A stretch of 64,000 nucleotides of DNA, from assembly GCA_964106645.2 (NCBI GenBank), contig OZ067045.1; one strand, written 5' to 3'. This DNA is from Podarcis pityusensis. Its lineage: Eukaryota. Shown here piece by piece: positions 1 to 13,354 of the stretch; positions within the stretch are counted from its first letter, which is position 1, and each line of letters opens with the position of its first letter. The notes beneath the pieces were generated by a model. It searched no databases and was not told the DNA's origin. It saw nothing but the letters and a program-made list of their open reading frames with translations. A program made the translations under genes and the position numbers.

Positions 1-2158
1 CATCTGTTTCAGCAGAACTAAGAATCCACACCTGACTCTCAGTGAGAGGCCAGATTCTCCAGTAAGGAACTGAGGTACCCCCCTCCACACTCCTAGCTGA
101 CAATGAATGAATTTGGGAGGAGCTGGTTTGGTCACCATCAAGCAGCTTGTCCAATTAGTTGCTAATTTCTGTCTCAATGGCTGACATATCTGTCTGCTCC
201 CTGTGTTGCAAACACTCTGCCAATAGAAAGCTGGCTCAGCAGGCCAAAGGCTTTCTAATTCCCTCTTTTCTCTATTAAAGTTTCCGCCTTTCTGACTTGA
301 ACATTTCTCTTTTGTGCTTTTCTTTGAGTACACTTTCAAATATTGTTTAAAAGAATTTAATGGTAGAGGCTCAAATATCAAAGAATTAAAAGGAAAGGCA
401 TGGTTATACCTACTGGGCCTCATTCTGCAGGGAGTCCAAAAAATTCTGGTTTTCATATGGCATCCCTTAAAAATCATTTGGACGAGGGTTTTTCAAAGCA
501 GCAGAAAACTCTTTCATATAGAAACAAGCTGCCCAGCAAAGCCCTTATTAAATGGCACAGAGCTCACTCTGATTTCTCTACAGTTGCTGCTGCTTGGCTT
601 GGCAAGCTTCTTTTTGAAGGACAGAGGCCCTCTTCACTTCTTATCTTGAATGAGACTAAGGACATTCCAGATAACAATGGCTTAGTCTAGATTGTTAAAG
701 TCTCTTCCTTAGGGGCTACCTACCAGGTTGCAGTCAGTTTTACAAACCTCTCTATTGTTAAACCTTTCGGTTAACTGGGGAAAATACACGACAAACCTTC
801 ACTCTAATAAGAACCCTGTGAGGGAAGTTGCTAAGGAACCCATTTTAAGAAAGGGGAACTGAGACAACTTGCTTGAAGCTGCCTCAGAATATGCAGCTCA
901 GTGGCTACTTGAACCCAGGTATGGCAGATGCATATGCAACACCACAGCTGCTTGCATGGAGCTGTGGCAAGTCAACTGGTCCATGTGAAAAGCATGAGTC
1001 GTTAAGAAGGTCTGAAAACACTCTTTCTGATTTGAAGATAATTAAAGCAGGGTAAGAAGAAGAACAGCTAAACACCTGTAACCAGCAAAGGTAACACAAG
1101 AAGCAATTGATTATGATTTGGTTAGATTATTCCTCTCACGATATAGAACATAAGAAGAGCCTGCTGGATCAGGCCAATGGCTTATGGGGAAACTGGCAAG
1201 CAGGACTTGAGTATTCCAAGCATTACTGCCTCCAACCATGGCGGCAGAGCGTAGCCCTCATGCCCAAGGGTGTGGGACGGGCTCGTGAATCTTTAATAGG
1301 CACACTGAAGAGCGGAATTTGGCTGAATCCTCCAGCAGTGAGAAGGAGTGTCTGTGGAGGCTCCGTCTTCTACAGAGCTACACTTTGAACCCAGAATCTT
1401 GCTCCAGAAGGCCTGCAAGTGTCCCTTCCAACTCTGGGGATCCCAAGCAGGATGGAAATGAGTGTTCTGAAAAACATCTTTTAATGGTATTTCTCATGAA
1501 TAGACAAGGAGGCTTAATATGCATTTATTCATACTCCTAGAGAAGTCTCACCAAATTAGGTCAGCTGAAGCAAGGCTCTTATAAGACCTGACTTACTAAA
1601 ACAGTCAATGCATTTTTTAATTCCTTGCAAAAAGTTCTGCTATGCTAATGCCCTGCAGGCCATCCGGGGACCTGATTAGCCTCTCAAAAGAGGGTCTCAT
1701 ACAAGTCAGCCAGGAAGGCAGAAGGGCACATAATGTCTTCTGCACCATCAACACAAACTGTGATGGCTCCTTCCAATAGAGTGCCATTGGAGAACTGTCA
1801 TTTTGGGAAGGTACCAAGCCTTACTTCGATGTACAGTATTACCGGGTGCAGGATGGCTTTTCATGAGGTGTTAGGGGAAACTGCAACACTAAAGTTTCAT
1901 AACACCAGACATGCACAGTTATCAACATTTATAAACAGGAGGGTCTGAATGTTCAATGTGTCTCTTTCTAAGCCTTTGGACTTCAGCCACCAGCTTCAAA
2001 GGAGAAACAGCCTCAGGCTGGAGAGCCAAAATTAGCCCTTTGGACTCCCCCTAGGCCACACAGCTGGTTCAGAGCCCCAAGAGGCTTTCGGGAGCAAGAT
2101 GGAAAGCAGAGAGAGAGAGAAAGAGCTGGATGCTTTCCTTGTACTGGTGACCTTACAC

Positions 2159-2296
2159 CAGGCATAGGCAAACTCAGCCCTCTAGATGTTTTTTGAGACT
2201 ACAATTCCCATCATCCCTGACCACTGGTCCTGTTAGCTAGGGATGATGGGAGTTGTAGTCCCAAAACATCTGGAAGGCCGAATTTGCCTATGCCTG
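2159..2296. mobile_element. Palindromic hAT MITE (138 bp)
   Basis: TIRs CAGGCATAGGCAAA / TTTGCCTATGCCTG; near whole-length fold-back; 8-bp TSD CCTTACAC/CCTTACGC. Confidence 0.9.
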
Positions 2297-4150
2297 CCTT
2301 ACGCTCTGAATCCCTGGCAACCTCTCCCATGGCTTTTATGTGGGCATCCCTAGCTTATCTCACGATGGAGGTGTAAGGGTTCTAATTTGTTCTGCTTTCA
2401 GACTGTGGATTGCTTTCATTAATAAGCATGTCTGTTTCCTTTAGGACTCAGAAGAGTGGTTGCCAGAGGAGTTCACTGGACGCCTCCTGAGCATCCGATG
2501 GGAACACTACTAGCAGCCCTGGTATACACTTTGTGACCCTCCAGTCCTTTGTAGGCATGTAGCCCTCAGAAAGGACACCTTCACAAGATTTGCCTGGGAG
2601 TTAAAAAGCTGCCTATCACCCAAATATGCATCTGTGGTCCTTGAGATGATGCAATGTTGCAGGACACGGTAGTATGAGAGGAGCTGGGATGGGTGGAGAG
2701 CATGGTTTTCTTTAATTCCCCCAATACCCTTGCGAACAATTTATTGTCCCCTCCCATAAATGCAACACAGATCAATTAATGAAAAGACGATCCTGATCAT
2801 GCTGGGTAAACTGTCTTGTTCTTCTTTTTGTTTTGTTTCGAGTTACCCATTAACTACCTAAAGACAGTTGTAATTAAGCAGTATATTAATTGTCAAAATA
2901 AAAACGCAATTTGGCCAGCCCTGAACTCCCCTGGCACTCCCTCTTCCACCCTGACCTTTTCCAGCTACTTGTGGCACAAGAAAACAGCCTGCATGGGCAA
3001 CTGCTGGACCCCCTTTTCCCAGGTCCAGGAGAAGCAAAGCAGCTGGCAGTGCTTCGCCCATTTCTCCTCCAATGGGCACCTGGGTAGGCAGGAGGGCTGG
3101 CTGTTGGCTGTCCTGTTTGCACAGTGGGCAGCCCAGTCATCATTCTGACTCCTGGGCTGAAATCCAATATCAGCATTCTATTTGGGAGTGCAGCGAGAAG
3201 GATAATAGATAGACACAGCATTTTATAAAACCAAAATTGATAAGCTCCATCAATGCCATCATTCAGCCAGTAATAGATGAACTATTGGAGCCCATTCAAA
3301 ATGGAGCCTGTAACAAAGGCAATAAATCAAAATAATGTGGTAGTTAATTATTCTTTTGCCTTGTTCTGGCCTGCTGCACAGCCGTAAACCTCAGCTTTTC
3401 AAAAATGCTGTCCTTGGCTCTGAATTGCAGTATAAACCAAGCTGGGATTTTATATGCAAACTTGAAATACATAGCACTTTTTAAATCCCTTACTCAAACC
3501 CCTTTACACATTAGAACTCTGATCATGCCTTGCAATTTTCAGGGCTTTTGCTGTTGATATCAGTATTGCAACTCTTCCTCCAAGGAGCTGAGTGGTGTAT
3601 GCGGTTCTCTTTCCCTCACAACAATCCTGTGAGGTAGGTTAGGCTGCAAGAGTTTCATGGCTAAGTGGCAATTTGAACCAAGGTTTCCCCCCAGTCTGAG
3701 TCCAATTCTCTAACCGCCACTGCAGAATGGGTTGTTGCATAGCCAGAAGTAGGGAATCTGCCCTGATATGCTTCTCCTTCCCAGCAGTCAACATTCCTAG
3801 GCAAAGCAAACAGAACTTCATTTCAGCATCTGCTCCACCTTGACTCCTACCAGATTTAGAGAGCTTCACCACAAACCATCTTACCTTCCTGTTGCCTGCC
3901 TGCATTTTTTTTTTTAACTATCTATGAAGAGTTTGGATAACTCAAAAGCCTTGCAGACTCTTTTGTGGACATTTTGATTGGTCCTATTAATGGCATCATC
4001 GAACTGTGGATTTTGGATTTTTTATTGTGGCCCAATCTATCTAATTGTGGAGATACAGGCTTTATTTTTATTTTTTTAAGAAATACAGTGGTACCTCTGG
4101 TTACGTACTTAATTCGTTCCGGAGGTCCGTTCTTAACCTGAAGCTGTTCT

Positions 4151-4744
4151 CTTTTTTTTGCATTTTATTTATTTATTAACATTCTTATATTACATCAGTA
4201 AACATTGTCATATTATATTACAGGACTTACTATAATATAATTTCCAACATGTATACAAAAGTTATATACAAATTTTATATACCGGTACCTAAAAAGAAAA
4301 TTAAACAAACAAAAAAAGAAAGAACAAAGAAAAAACAAATTTTTCCAAAAATCATATATATACCAACATACTAGACTTCCTGTCTTTCCCATTGTATATT
4401 CCTTTTTTACAAATGAATGTACTCTTCTTATTATACAGTGGTACCTCGGGTTACATATGCTTCAGGTTACATATGCTTCAGGTTACAGACTCTCCTAACC
4501 CAGAAATAGTGCTTCAGGTTAAGAACTTTGCTTCAGGATGAGAACAGAAATTGTGCTCCGGTGGCGCGGCGGCAGCGGGAGGCTCCGTTAGCTAAAGTGG
4601 TGCTTCAGGTTAAGAACGGACCTCCGGAATGAATTAAGTACTTAACTCGAGGTACCACTGTAAATTTCTTTACATATTATCTAATACATTCCTATATCAA
4701 TATGTGCTCTTAGTCTTATTTCTCAACTCAGTCTCACTCCAACA
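4151..4744 (-). mobile_element. L1-like 3' retroposed fragment
   Basis: On the minus strand it ends in AATAAA plus an A-run; flanked by 12-bp TSD TGAAGCTGTTCT (4139-4150) / TGAAACTGTTCT (4745-4756). Confidence 0.7.
4436..4660 (+). mobile_element. Tigger/pogo-like MITE nested in the L1-like fragment
   Basis: Same TIRs and TA TSD as the 4086 element; opposite orientation to it. Confidence 0.92.
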
Positions 4745-6998
4745 TGAAACTGTTCTTAACCTGAAGCACCACTTTAGCTAATGGGGCCTCCCGCGGCTGC
4801 CGCGCCACCACCGTGTGATTTCTGTTCTCATCCTGAAGCAAAGTTCTTAACCCGAGGTACTATTTCTGGGTTAGCAGAGTCTGTAACCTGAAGCGTCTGT
4901 AACCTGAAGTGTATGTAACCCGAGGTACCACTGTATATGTAAAATGCCTTTCAAATGTTTACTTGGATTTAACAAGAAATAGCACTTAAATAAACTGGGT
5001 TGTCGGTGGTCTGCTCCTCCATCAGAAGAAAACTGAATGTGTAACAGACTCCCTTCAGAATATCCTGAGGCAAAATGTGCTTTTGGCACACTTGACAATA
5101 TGGAAGAAACAGACACCTGCTGTTTGGTGTTTTGATAGACCAGCACTGAGGCCTGCTGTTTCTCAGCTTGTGAACTATAGAGTGGGCAGTGGGGTGGGGT
5201 GGAAAGCGGAGGGCACCCTGTGGCGCTCCAGATATGTTTGGCTCTCATCATCCCAGCCAACTGGCAATGCAGGCTGCAGGGGCTAACGGAAATTGGAGTC
5301 CAATGACTTCTGGAGGGCCACAGGGCAGTTACCCCTGCCAGACAGAGGCTCTAGTGATCCATTTCTCCTCCATTTTGTTTTTCAACCCAAGGAGCCAGGG
5401 CAGGAGGAGGCTGTGTCTAAGCAGAAGGAGGGCAGGCAGGGAGAGGCAGCAGCTTCCCCCTTCCCCCTCCTGTTGTTTTCCAGTACAAAATATCCCCCCA
5501 GAATCTTTTTCACCTGCACAATGAAAGTTATAAGGCTCCCAACCAAATATATCACACAACTATAAGCATGCGAAGGAAACAATGGGTTTCCAGTGACAGT
5601 ACCTGGGGTGGGGTGGGGGTGGGGTTTGAGAGGGATTGGTGGCTATGAGGAGGCACTTACTCCTTCCTTAGCCCTGGGTCATCCTTGCAGATCCCCTTGG
5701 TTATTTTAAAATGTCTCCCCTCCCTCATTGGGTTCCAGAGCTGGAAGTGAGGCCAGCCGAGGGGTGGGGCTTTTGGGGGGAGACGTGGACTCAGTTGTAG
5801 GGTAGCTGAAGGGGAAAGGAATGAGTCTTCTTCCCTTTCCTGCCATATTCATTTTATTAATTTATTTTGAATATTTCTAGATTGCCCCCTCAGGGTAAAA
5901 GCCTCTCAATCCAATGCGGCCCACATACATACTTGAAAATATCAAAACGAAAACCATCCACTTATATTAACTAACTTATATAAACTAAAATAGCCATCTA
6001 AAGGCATTAGGCAGCCCCAGCGGGCACACACGTACATCCTGTAACATTTAAAACAATTGCAAGGAAGTCAAATGCTGTTTAAACAATAGGATGCTAAAAA
6101 CTCAACTCAATGTTTCAGCTGAAAGCAGATGGAAGCAAGTGGGTTTTCAAGGCTGGTTCAAAAGCTAGTGATGATAGAGCCAGCCCTATATCCCTTCAGA
6201 TGGGATTCCACAAGTATGGGGCCAGCATCAAGGACCAGCTCTACCATTAGGCAGAGTGAGGCAGGAGACCTCAGGCAGCAGATGCTGAGGGCTATGGATC
6301 AGACAGAACCACCTATACCATGCAGTCCACCCAGCCACCCAAAAAGCCCTCAGGTGCAGAGGAAGACACTGTCCCACCAGCCAGTGTGGAAGCAGGATTC
6401 ACACACCAGTCCAGTTGGCCTCTGCATGTAGAATAGGGGCAGCATCTTGGCCTTAGGCAGCAAAATGTCTTGAGCTGGCCTTGGCACTCTATTTTGTCCA
6501 GTGTGAGTTTGGGACCAGATGCTTGCTGAGTCTATGCTCGCATTGGCCCTAAGCAATTTTGTACACAGGGCCATCATGGGCTCTGGGAATCTCAGCAGTC
6601 CTGAAGATGAGTCCTGCTGGAAAGTCTGAGATGGGTGAGGCAAGTGTTTTCTTAAAGCAGGTGGCATTGTGTAATTGATCTCTGATGGGCCCCCAAGGGA
6701 GAACCTTTAATCAGGGGAGGTTTTACTGGCACATCCCTGTGGGGTGAGCAGCCAGTGAAAGAGTGTGGGATAGGGTGACACAGAGCAAGCCTGCAAACAG
6801 GGAAGGTTAAGCCATGGCTTTGGAAAGGAGAAAGTGTGAGCAATGAGAAGATGGAGGACGCTAGAAAGAGACCTTGCATGTTCACAAGAGCAGTCGGAAA
6901 CTAATAAACCACATTCACACAACTTTGAGTGAAACACAGTCAACATAGTTAAATTAATGTACCCCCACCTCCAACACTTGTTATATGTAAAGTAATTA

Positions 6999-7257
6999 CA
7001 GTGGTACCTCGGGTTACAAACATTTACAAACATCTCTGGTTACAAACACTTCGGGTTACAAACTCTGCTAACCCAGAAGTAGTACCTCAGATTAAGAACT
7101 TTACCTCAGGATGAGAACAGAAATGGCGTGTCGGTCAGCGGTGCGGCAGCAGCAGCAGGAGGCCCCATTAGCTAAAGTGGTACCTCAGGTTAAGAATGGT
7201 TTCAGGTTAAGAATGGACCTCCAGAACGAATTAAGTTCGTAACCCGAGGTACCACTG
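6999..7257 (+). mobile_element. Tigger/pogo-like MITE
   Basis: TIR CAGTGGTACCTCGGGTTAC, TA TSD; same family as the 4436 and 36375 copies. Confidence 0.92.
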
Positions 7258-9904
7258 TACTTTAACCCATGATTCTGGAGGCCTGCCTTACACATGAAGC
7301 AAAGTGAGTACCAGTTCAGAACACACAAGTAGTTGCTACTTTTGCATGTGTCCTTATGAACGTGGTGGGGAGGGGGAAACTTGCTGCAGATAGAAAACTA
7401 GTGTATCAGGGTTTGGCCTCCTGTGCTTGGCTTCTACATGTGGGAAATTACTCAGAAGTACACTAATGAAATGCAGGACTCTGCAGGACTGTATTCCAAA
7501 GTTATGTGCAGTTTTCTAGCTTGTGAGTGGTTTACCATCCTGTAGTTTGGTTGTGAGCACCACCCCCATCCAGCTTTGCTGATGCCATTCTTGCCCCTGG
7601 GTTGTCCTGCATGCCTCTGAACCAAGAGGGAGACAAGGAGGAAGTGGCTGACCACCTCAAGGGGCTTCAGGAAGCACCAAGGTTGAGGTAGGACATAACT
7701 GGGTGAGAATCCACCATTATTAGGATCTCCAGATTTTGCATCCTCTGCGACATCAGCTGTTGATGCAATGAAAATGATGGTGATGCTTTGAGCACCCTGA
7801 GTATATTGTACATGGCTTGATTCATCAGAAAGATAGATAAGATAGAAATTGCAGGGGTCCTCCGATATAATAATGGGATTACTAAGCAGGGACAGTGTAA
7901 TTTCATACTGATGCCAAGTCCTTGGTTTCTGCTCTGATCATTGCAAGTGAGGTGATGTAACTGAAAAGCTGTGCTTAATGATAAGTTGCCAAAATGATTA
8001 TATTAATAACAGGTTAGATCTCCTTAGCTCCCCTGGGAAGACCCCCCTCCACACATTGAATCACCCTCAAATTACACGGCAACAACATATCATTTATGTC
8101 TGTGTATGTGTGTTTGTTTGCGGGGTGGGGGTGTCGTGTTTGTTTTTAAGCTGTGCTTACTTGAATTGACAAAAGGTGTCTTGGTTGCATTCACCCTTTA
8201 GCTATGTATCCTGCTCAAATTTAGAAGGAGGCCAACCATGGTTGGAGGGGTGAGGAGGGGTACATAGGAATTACAGGGGCCAATCTGAAATGCAGTTCTT
8301 TTGGGCACTCCGTCTTTCTCTTTCTCCCCCCCCCCTCTTGTATTCCTCATACCTGCCTTCTCCAACTTGGTGCTGTCCAGGAGTTCTGGACTGCAACATC
8401 CATCCACCCCAGCCAGCACATCCATGTTCCCATCACCCCCAGCCTCAGATGGTTGTGGGGCTGGTTGGGTGTTGATGAGAACTGTGGTTGAAAAATCTTG
8501 GGGGCACCATCCTGGTGCCACAAGTAAAACTGCCTTACGAATCTTACCAATAGGAGGGACTGAGAGGGACTCCAGCTTGCTCCTGCTTGCTCACCAGAAG
8601 TGAGGCAAGGCCTGGAGACTCAATGAGATCAGGCTAGCACTACTTAGACTGGCTTTTTCTTCCTTGGTGTGTCCTCCTTGGCCAGTGAGGTCAGCTGACA
8701 GTGTTCAGGTTGGAAGGATAGTCTAGGGTGCCCTGAGTCCACTGAGCCTCATTTACCAGCTTTGCTGATGGGCTGAAGTCCTGGTGGTACAGGAGGCAAG
8801 CTGCTGCAAAGTGGCTGCAGGAGACACCCTTGTTGCCTTACAGAAAGTCAGGAGGGGGGTCTTGCTTTGCTGCCTCCTCTACCAATCAGGCATTTAGGAT
8901 AAGGCCCCACATGGCACCGCTTTGACAACAAGGTATATAATCCACAATGCTAACAAGGTCTAGCCATACTCAGACATTCTGTTCAGAGTGAGTGAGAATA
9001 AGTATGCTCTGCCCTGCCCGCCCCCCACCATCAATCATCCTTCATGAGCTGAAGGATAGTGCCTGAAGCAGGCAGTCTTTTTCTGTCAATGCAGCCTTTC
9101 TGCATGGTACAGAAATCAGGGAAGGAGGCTGTTTACCCAAGGAGAGCAGGCTCCCCACTTCAAAAATTATCCCTCTAATGCATGGGGGGTAATGATGAGG
9201 TGGTGGGGAGAGGTCCTCCCTCTCCTTCTTTAGGATGCCTGAACAGGGCTATGTCTTGCTGCCTTTAAAGAGTGAGCCTTGTAATATTATTGCCATGCTC
9301 TAGTCGCATCCCAGGGGTGGGATTGTGTTGCTGCTGGAAAGTCAGAATCCCCTGTGCCCTCAAAGAGAGAGAGACCCCCCTGAGGGAGAGCAAGGGAAGT
9401 CTTTCTTTTACTAAATGCATTTCACGGAGTGGCTCTTAATCTCACGGAAGGAGCAAGAGGTTGAGCTTTTTGAACAACGCAAGGAAATACGATCACAGCA
9501 GCTTAAACCAACTAACCAACCATACCTCCAGGGGTTAAGTGGGGAAGGTACAGGGGTCTTCCAAATGTGAGATTGCAAGAGAAACAGATGGACTTGTGAA
9601 GTACAGTTGACAAATGCAAACTGGGTATCTGGTGCAAAATATTGCAGATGTCATGCGTTATCTAGAAAGGTTGCTGGAACTCAAGAGAGGGTCTGCAGTC
9701 ATAGTACTGATTTTTTGGGAAATGTGGTTCACAGTTAGCAAATTAAAGCCCAGGACACATGAAGGCAGCAATTTTTAAAATGTTACCTTTCCTGCCTACA
9801 GGGCCAAATAGACAGATAGAGCCACAAAGTCTTGAACACTTTGTGAACAGTCCTGGAATCAATTCTTGATGAAGAGTGATCTAGAAATATTTGAATCAAT
9901 TGAT

Positions 9905-10545
9905 TAATGTCTGGGTGGGATCATGGTCCCAAAGGGCTGCCTTTGAAAGCAGTCTGGAAATTTCCTCTGGTCCAAAATACGGCAGGCAAGTTTGTTAACT
10001 AGGACTGCATGGCATGGTAATGTTACACCAGTCTTTTTTGCTCTGCTCTGTCTTCCAGTCCATTTCCGGGCCCAGTTCAAAGAGCCACCATTAATCCATT
10101 CACCTTTAACAGCTTGGGACAAGGTGACCTGAAGGACTGTCTCTTCCATATATACTTACCTGGACATCAATATCTTCTGAGGTCCTTCTCAGGGTCTCCC
10201 CAACAAATAAGGTAATGCAGCTAGTTTATAGGGAGAGGATCTCTGTGGTGACTTTCATTGCTTATAGAGCCCCCTTTTTATGTTTCCTGGGTTTTCAGTC
10301 TTAATATATTTTAGTGACATTCAGATCTTTGGTATATTCTTGGAGTTTTAAGACTGATGACATTTTGGTGCAGCTGTGAGCTCTGTCGTATTGATTTTGT
10401 ATTTTGCTGGTAGTTTTCTGCTCTATTAGATTTTGTGGTGCTTTTATGGTTTTATTATCCGGCTTTATATTTATTTGCTTTAATTTTTAGTGGAAGCCTC
10501 CCAGAGAACATATGTTATTAGGCTGCCATAAATAAACTAAATAAA
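9905..10545 (+). mobile_element. L2 LINE 3' fragment (other L2 pieces at ~29745-29895, 55470-55900, 62745-62840)
   Basis: ccggg cccagttcaaagagcca..., T-rich 3'UTR, gtggaagcctcccagag...aaataaa tail. Confidence 0.65.
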
Positions 10546-11366
10546 AGATGCCAGCATGCCTTCCTTCTCTAGGAGGGGCAACGAGGTCAGCTTCCTCCTT
10601 TTTTGAGAGCTTCCAGGCTGTTGCTATTTTGGGGTGGGATTCGGTTCATATACTGGCCAATTCAGGTTGTGCTTGGGAGAATGTCATGCAAAAATAAAAC
10701 CCCTCGTCCCTGAAAAGATCAGACATTCTGAGATTCGGGAAGTGATGGGGAAATGCACCAGCAAGTGTAGACTAGCATTTGCTTGATGCACCATTGTCAG
10801 AATAAATGCTCATTAAATAGTCAACACTGCTTAATTTCCCTGCAAACAAATCAGGGTGAATAATCAATAAACAAGCCATCTGGAAGAGGACTTGCTCGGT
10901 GCACTTTAGCCACAATCCAGCAGTGAGTTATGTGAGCTTATCCCCAATCAGTTTCTGTAGGCTTAAGCTTGCCTCGCCCCATAGGAGATCACGGACTCGA
11001 GTGAGCTGAAAACACCACCCCACTTTTCGCTCCTCTCCCGTCAGCATCTGCCCAAGGTGAATGTTGCTCAGTTCCTTCTGACGTACAGACTATGGTCTGA
11101 CCATTTTGCTAGGATTTTTTGTTTCAGCTGCTTTGAGTTTCTGAGTTAGGGCTGGGGAACGTCTTTTCTATCAGGGACTGCATAACCTCAGAGGCAATCA
11201 GGTGGGGCGGAACTGCATGCTGACAGCTGAGGCCATGGTCAAAATTGGCTGGAGTTTACAGCACTGCAGGATTACACAGTGCCCCCCCTCTCTTTCTTAC
11301 ACACAGACAGAGCAAGGAAAAGTGGGCCTGCAGTTCCTGGAGGGCCACTTGAAACTAAGCCGGGGG

Positions 11367-11403
11367 CTGCAGGTTGTCCTGCGGGTTGTCCTGCAGGTTG
11401 TCC
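11367..11403. repeat. 12-bp tandem repeat x3 (CTGCAGGTTGTC)
   Basis: Direct reading; one substitution in unit 2. Confidence 0.9.
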
Positions 11404-13131
11404 ACTCTTCTAAGGAAAAGTGATATACAAATGCAATAAAACTCCACCCCTGGATTTCTGCTCCTTGTTTGTCCTGAGGCTGCTGCAACCATGGAGAATC
11501 ATAAAGTAGTCAAGCAGTCACAGAGACCGGTCCATTGTTATGCAACTGGCCCACCCACCCACATGCTTCACCTTCCCAGCCCTTTGATCATCCACGCCAT
11601 GCACAATATGCCACAGAAACTCATTGTTTTGAAAGCACATGCTCCACTTAAGTGGCTCCAGCAAGAAACCCACCCAGTAGCACACCACAGGGGAGCATCA
11701 TGCACACCCTACCGCATACTGGGGTGTGCCTTCAGCCAGTTCATCTCAGAGGAAATTCTCTTCCCTGTCACCGGTGTGGCAACTGGTGTAGTCAAAACAT
11801 GCACATATATAGGGTGGGGGAATTTAATTTATGAAATTTTTGGTTCTCTTTCATTTCATAGGACAAAAAGAGTCAGAAAAGGACCTGATTAGATATATCC
11901 ATATGGCCCCAAACCATGTGAACCTCTTGCCTCCTGCAACAGTATCAGGGAGACTGTTTCACCCCTACAGCTGAAATTCTTAAAGACCACCTTCTTCCAA
12001 GTTCTGCTTTTTCTGAGCATATCCCATCATGGCTGGGAGAGGAGGTGCAGCAAAGGGCTTAAAGAGTTTCAGGATATGCATGTATCTGTTACTGCCCCTC
12101 TCCCACAAATAAAAACCTTTTTGGATTAGCATTCTGAATAGCAGCCATCTGTTCCTGTGTTGTGTTAGATGTTAACAGCCACCACCTCAGGCACCCAGTG
12201 GCTTACCTCATGTGAATTACTTGTAAGCGGTGCTTAGAGGCAGGTTTGCAGCTATCTAGAGTAAAATCCTGCTATGCCGTCTTGACACAGTGACTAGTGG
12301 GGAAAACATATTGTACACAGAATTCTCCAGAGCTCAGATCAAAGGTTTCTAAATGATAATGGACACCCGCAGGGGGTGTTATCAAGACATGGTCACAGGA
12401 CCCTTTACAATAAGGCAAACTCCCATCATACTGCAATCATTGCCCTTCTCTACAGGAGCACATGTTTAGCTGCACAGGCACACACAACCCAACAGGAAAA
12501 GCCGCCTCAACTCTTCCTAACATAGGACAGGATCTCTAACCAGACTTACTTATAGTGGCAAAAAGTTTATGAGCCTCCAAAGTTTAAGAAAATAAACACC
12601 AGGAAATCTAAAACAGAAGACTGAGACTATACTACTCTAAAACATATTGAATTCTACCAAATGAAACACTTTTCAACTTGCCCACACCCATTGTGCCCAC
12701 TCTCATCAGAAACATTTCCACTCCTCTCTGCTCACTCTTTGTTTTTTTTTAGTATATGTGCTGCCGAAGCGAGCACATCTCTGCTCACTCTTTGTCTCAC
12801 TATTTCCAACTCTCATTTACTACAGCTAACAAAAGTGAACAATTTATAAAACGTAGACACTTAAAAACCAACAGCAACCCAACAGTAAAAAGAACAAGCA
12901 ACAGAAACTACCTTTCTGAATTCTGTCTTAAAAACCACCTTATTGCAGCCTTTTAAATAAAAATTCAGGCAAAGTAGAAAGAAACTTAGCATGCCTACTG
13001 ATTAGCACTGGCCATTTTAAGCCACTGATCAATCTCCTCCAGCCACATGTTGGCACCAAGCAATAAAACATCAGTTGTCCCTAAAGGTTAAATGAACAGA
13101 AGTTTGTGTCCCTCTTTTCATTCTCACTGAC

Positions 13132-13222
13132 CATCAGCATCATAATGTTTCCAGATGTCCAAGAACTGGGAGGCGGTGAGCTCTGCCAGGTGCAGATAAG
13201 GGGGCTGCTGCTTCCCTGCCAT
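13132..13222 (-). CDS. CALB2: Calretinin coding exon 1
   Basis: Minus strand translates MAGKQQPPYLHLAELTASQFLDIWKHYDAD+G, matching the recalled calretinin N-terminus (human MAGPQQQPPYLHLAELTASQFLEIWKHFDADG). 91 nt, followed by phase-1 donor G|gtcagt. Exon 2 was not found in 1-13131, so it probably lies left of the window. Confidence 0.97.
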
Positions 13223-13262
13223 GAGCGAACTGGTCCTCAACCGTGTTGCTCTCTTGTCTGTG

Positions 13263-13283
13263 TTCAGCACCAGGAACTGTCCA
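13263..13283 (+). promoter_or_regulatory. RE1/NRSE-like element in the CALB2 5'UTR
   Basis: TTCAGCACC-AG-GAACTG: perfect left half-site, canonical 2-nt spacer, degenerate right half (consensus GGACAG). Confidence 0.4.
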
Positions 13284-13318
13284 GCTGCCTCTCCAGCTCC
13301 CTCGCTGCCCTCTCTGCC

Positions 13319-13324
13319 TTTATA
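13319..13324 (-). promoter_or_regulatory. CALB2 TATA box
   Basis: TATAAA on the minus strand ~100 nt upstream of the CALB2 ATG, implying a TSS near 13290. Confidence 0.75.
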
Positions 13325-13354
13325 AGCCTTTCAAAGCTTGCAGAAGGAGGCAAC

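Larger units (their letters stand above)
4086..4933 (-). mobile_element. Tc1/mariner (Tigger/pogo-like) MITE, split by nested insertions
   Basis: TA|CAGTGGTACCTC...GAGGTACCACTG|TA; the two halves rejoin to match the reverse complement of the intact copy at 36375. Confidence 0.9.

Noticed and set aside
314-690. Overlapping ORFs at the window start as a gene end (for example CMTR2)
   Set aside because: No resemblance to CMTR2 or any recognisable protein; they lie in CALB2 intron 1.
827-839. GTTGCTAAGGAAC X-box-like motif
   Set aside because: Sits in a MIR-like decayed SINE context, 23 kb from the HYDIN promoter; likely chance.
2445-2521. 77-nt plus-strand segment bounded by tttag and gtatac
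   Set aside because: Wrong strand for CALB2, weak donor and no recognisable peptide; nothing supports an antisense exon.
4441-4500. Short repeated units (CAGGTTACA) suggesting a CRISPR-like array
   Set aside because: These are subterminal repeats of the MITE, present in every copy; there are no unique spacers and the DNA is eukaryotic.
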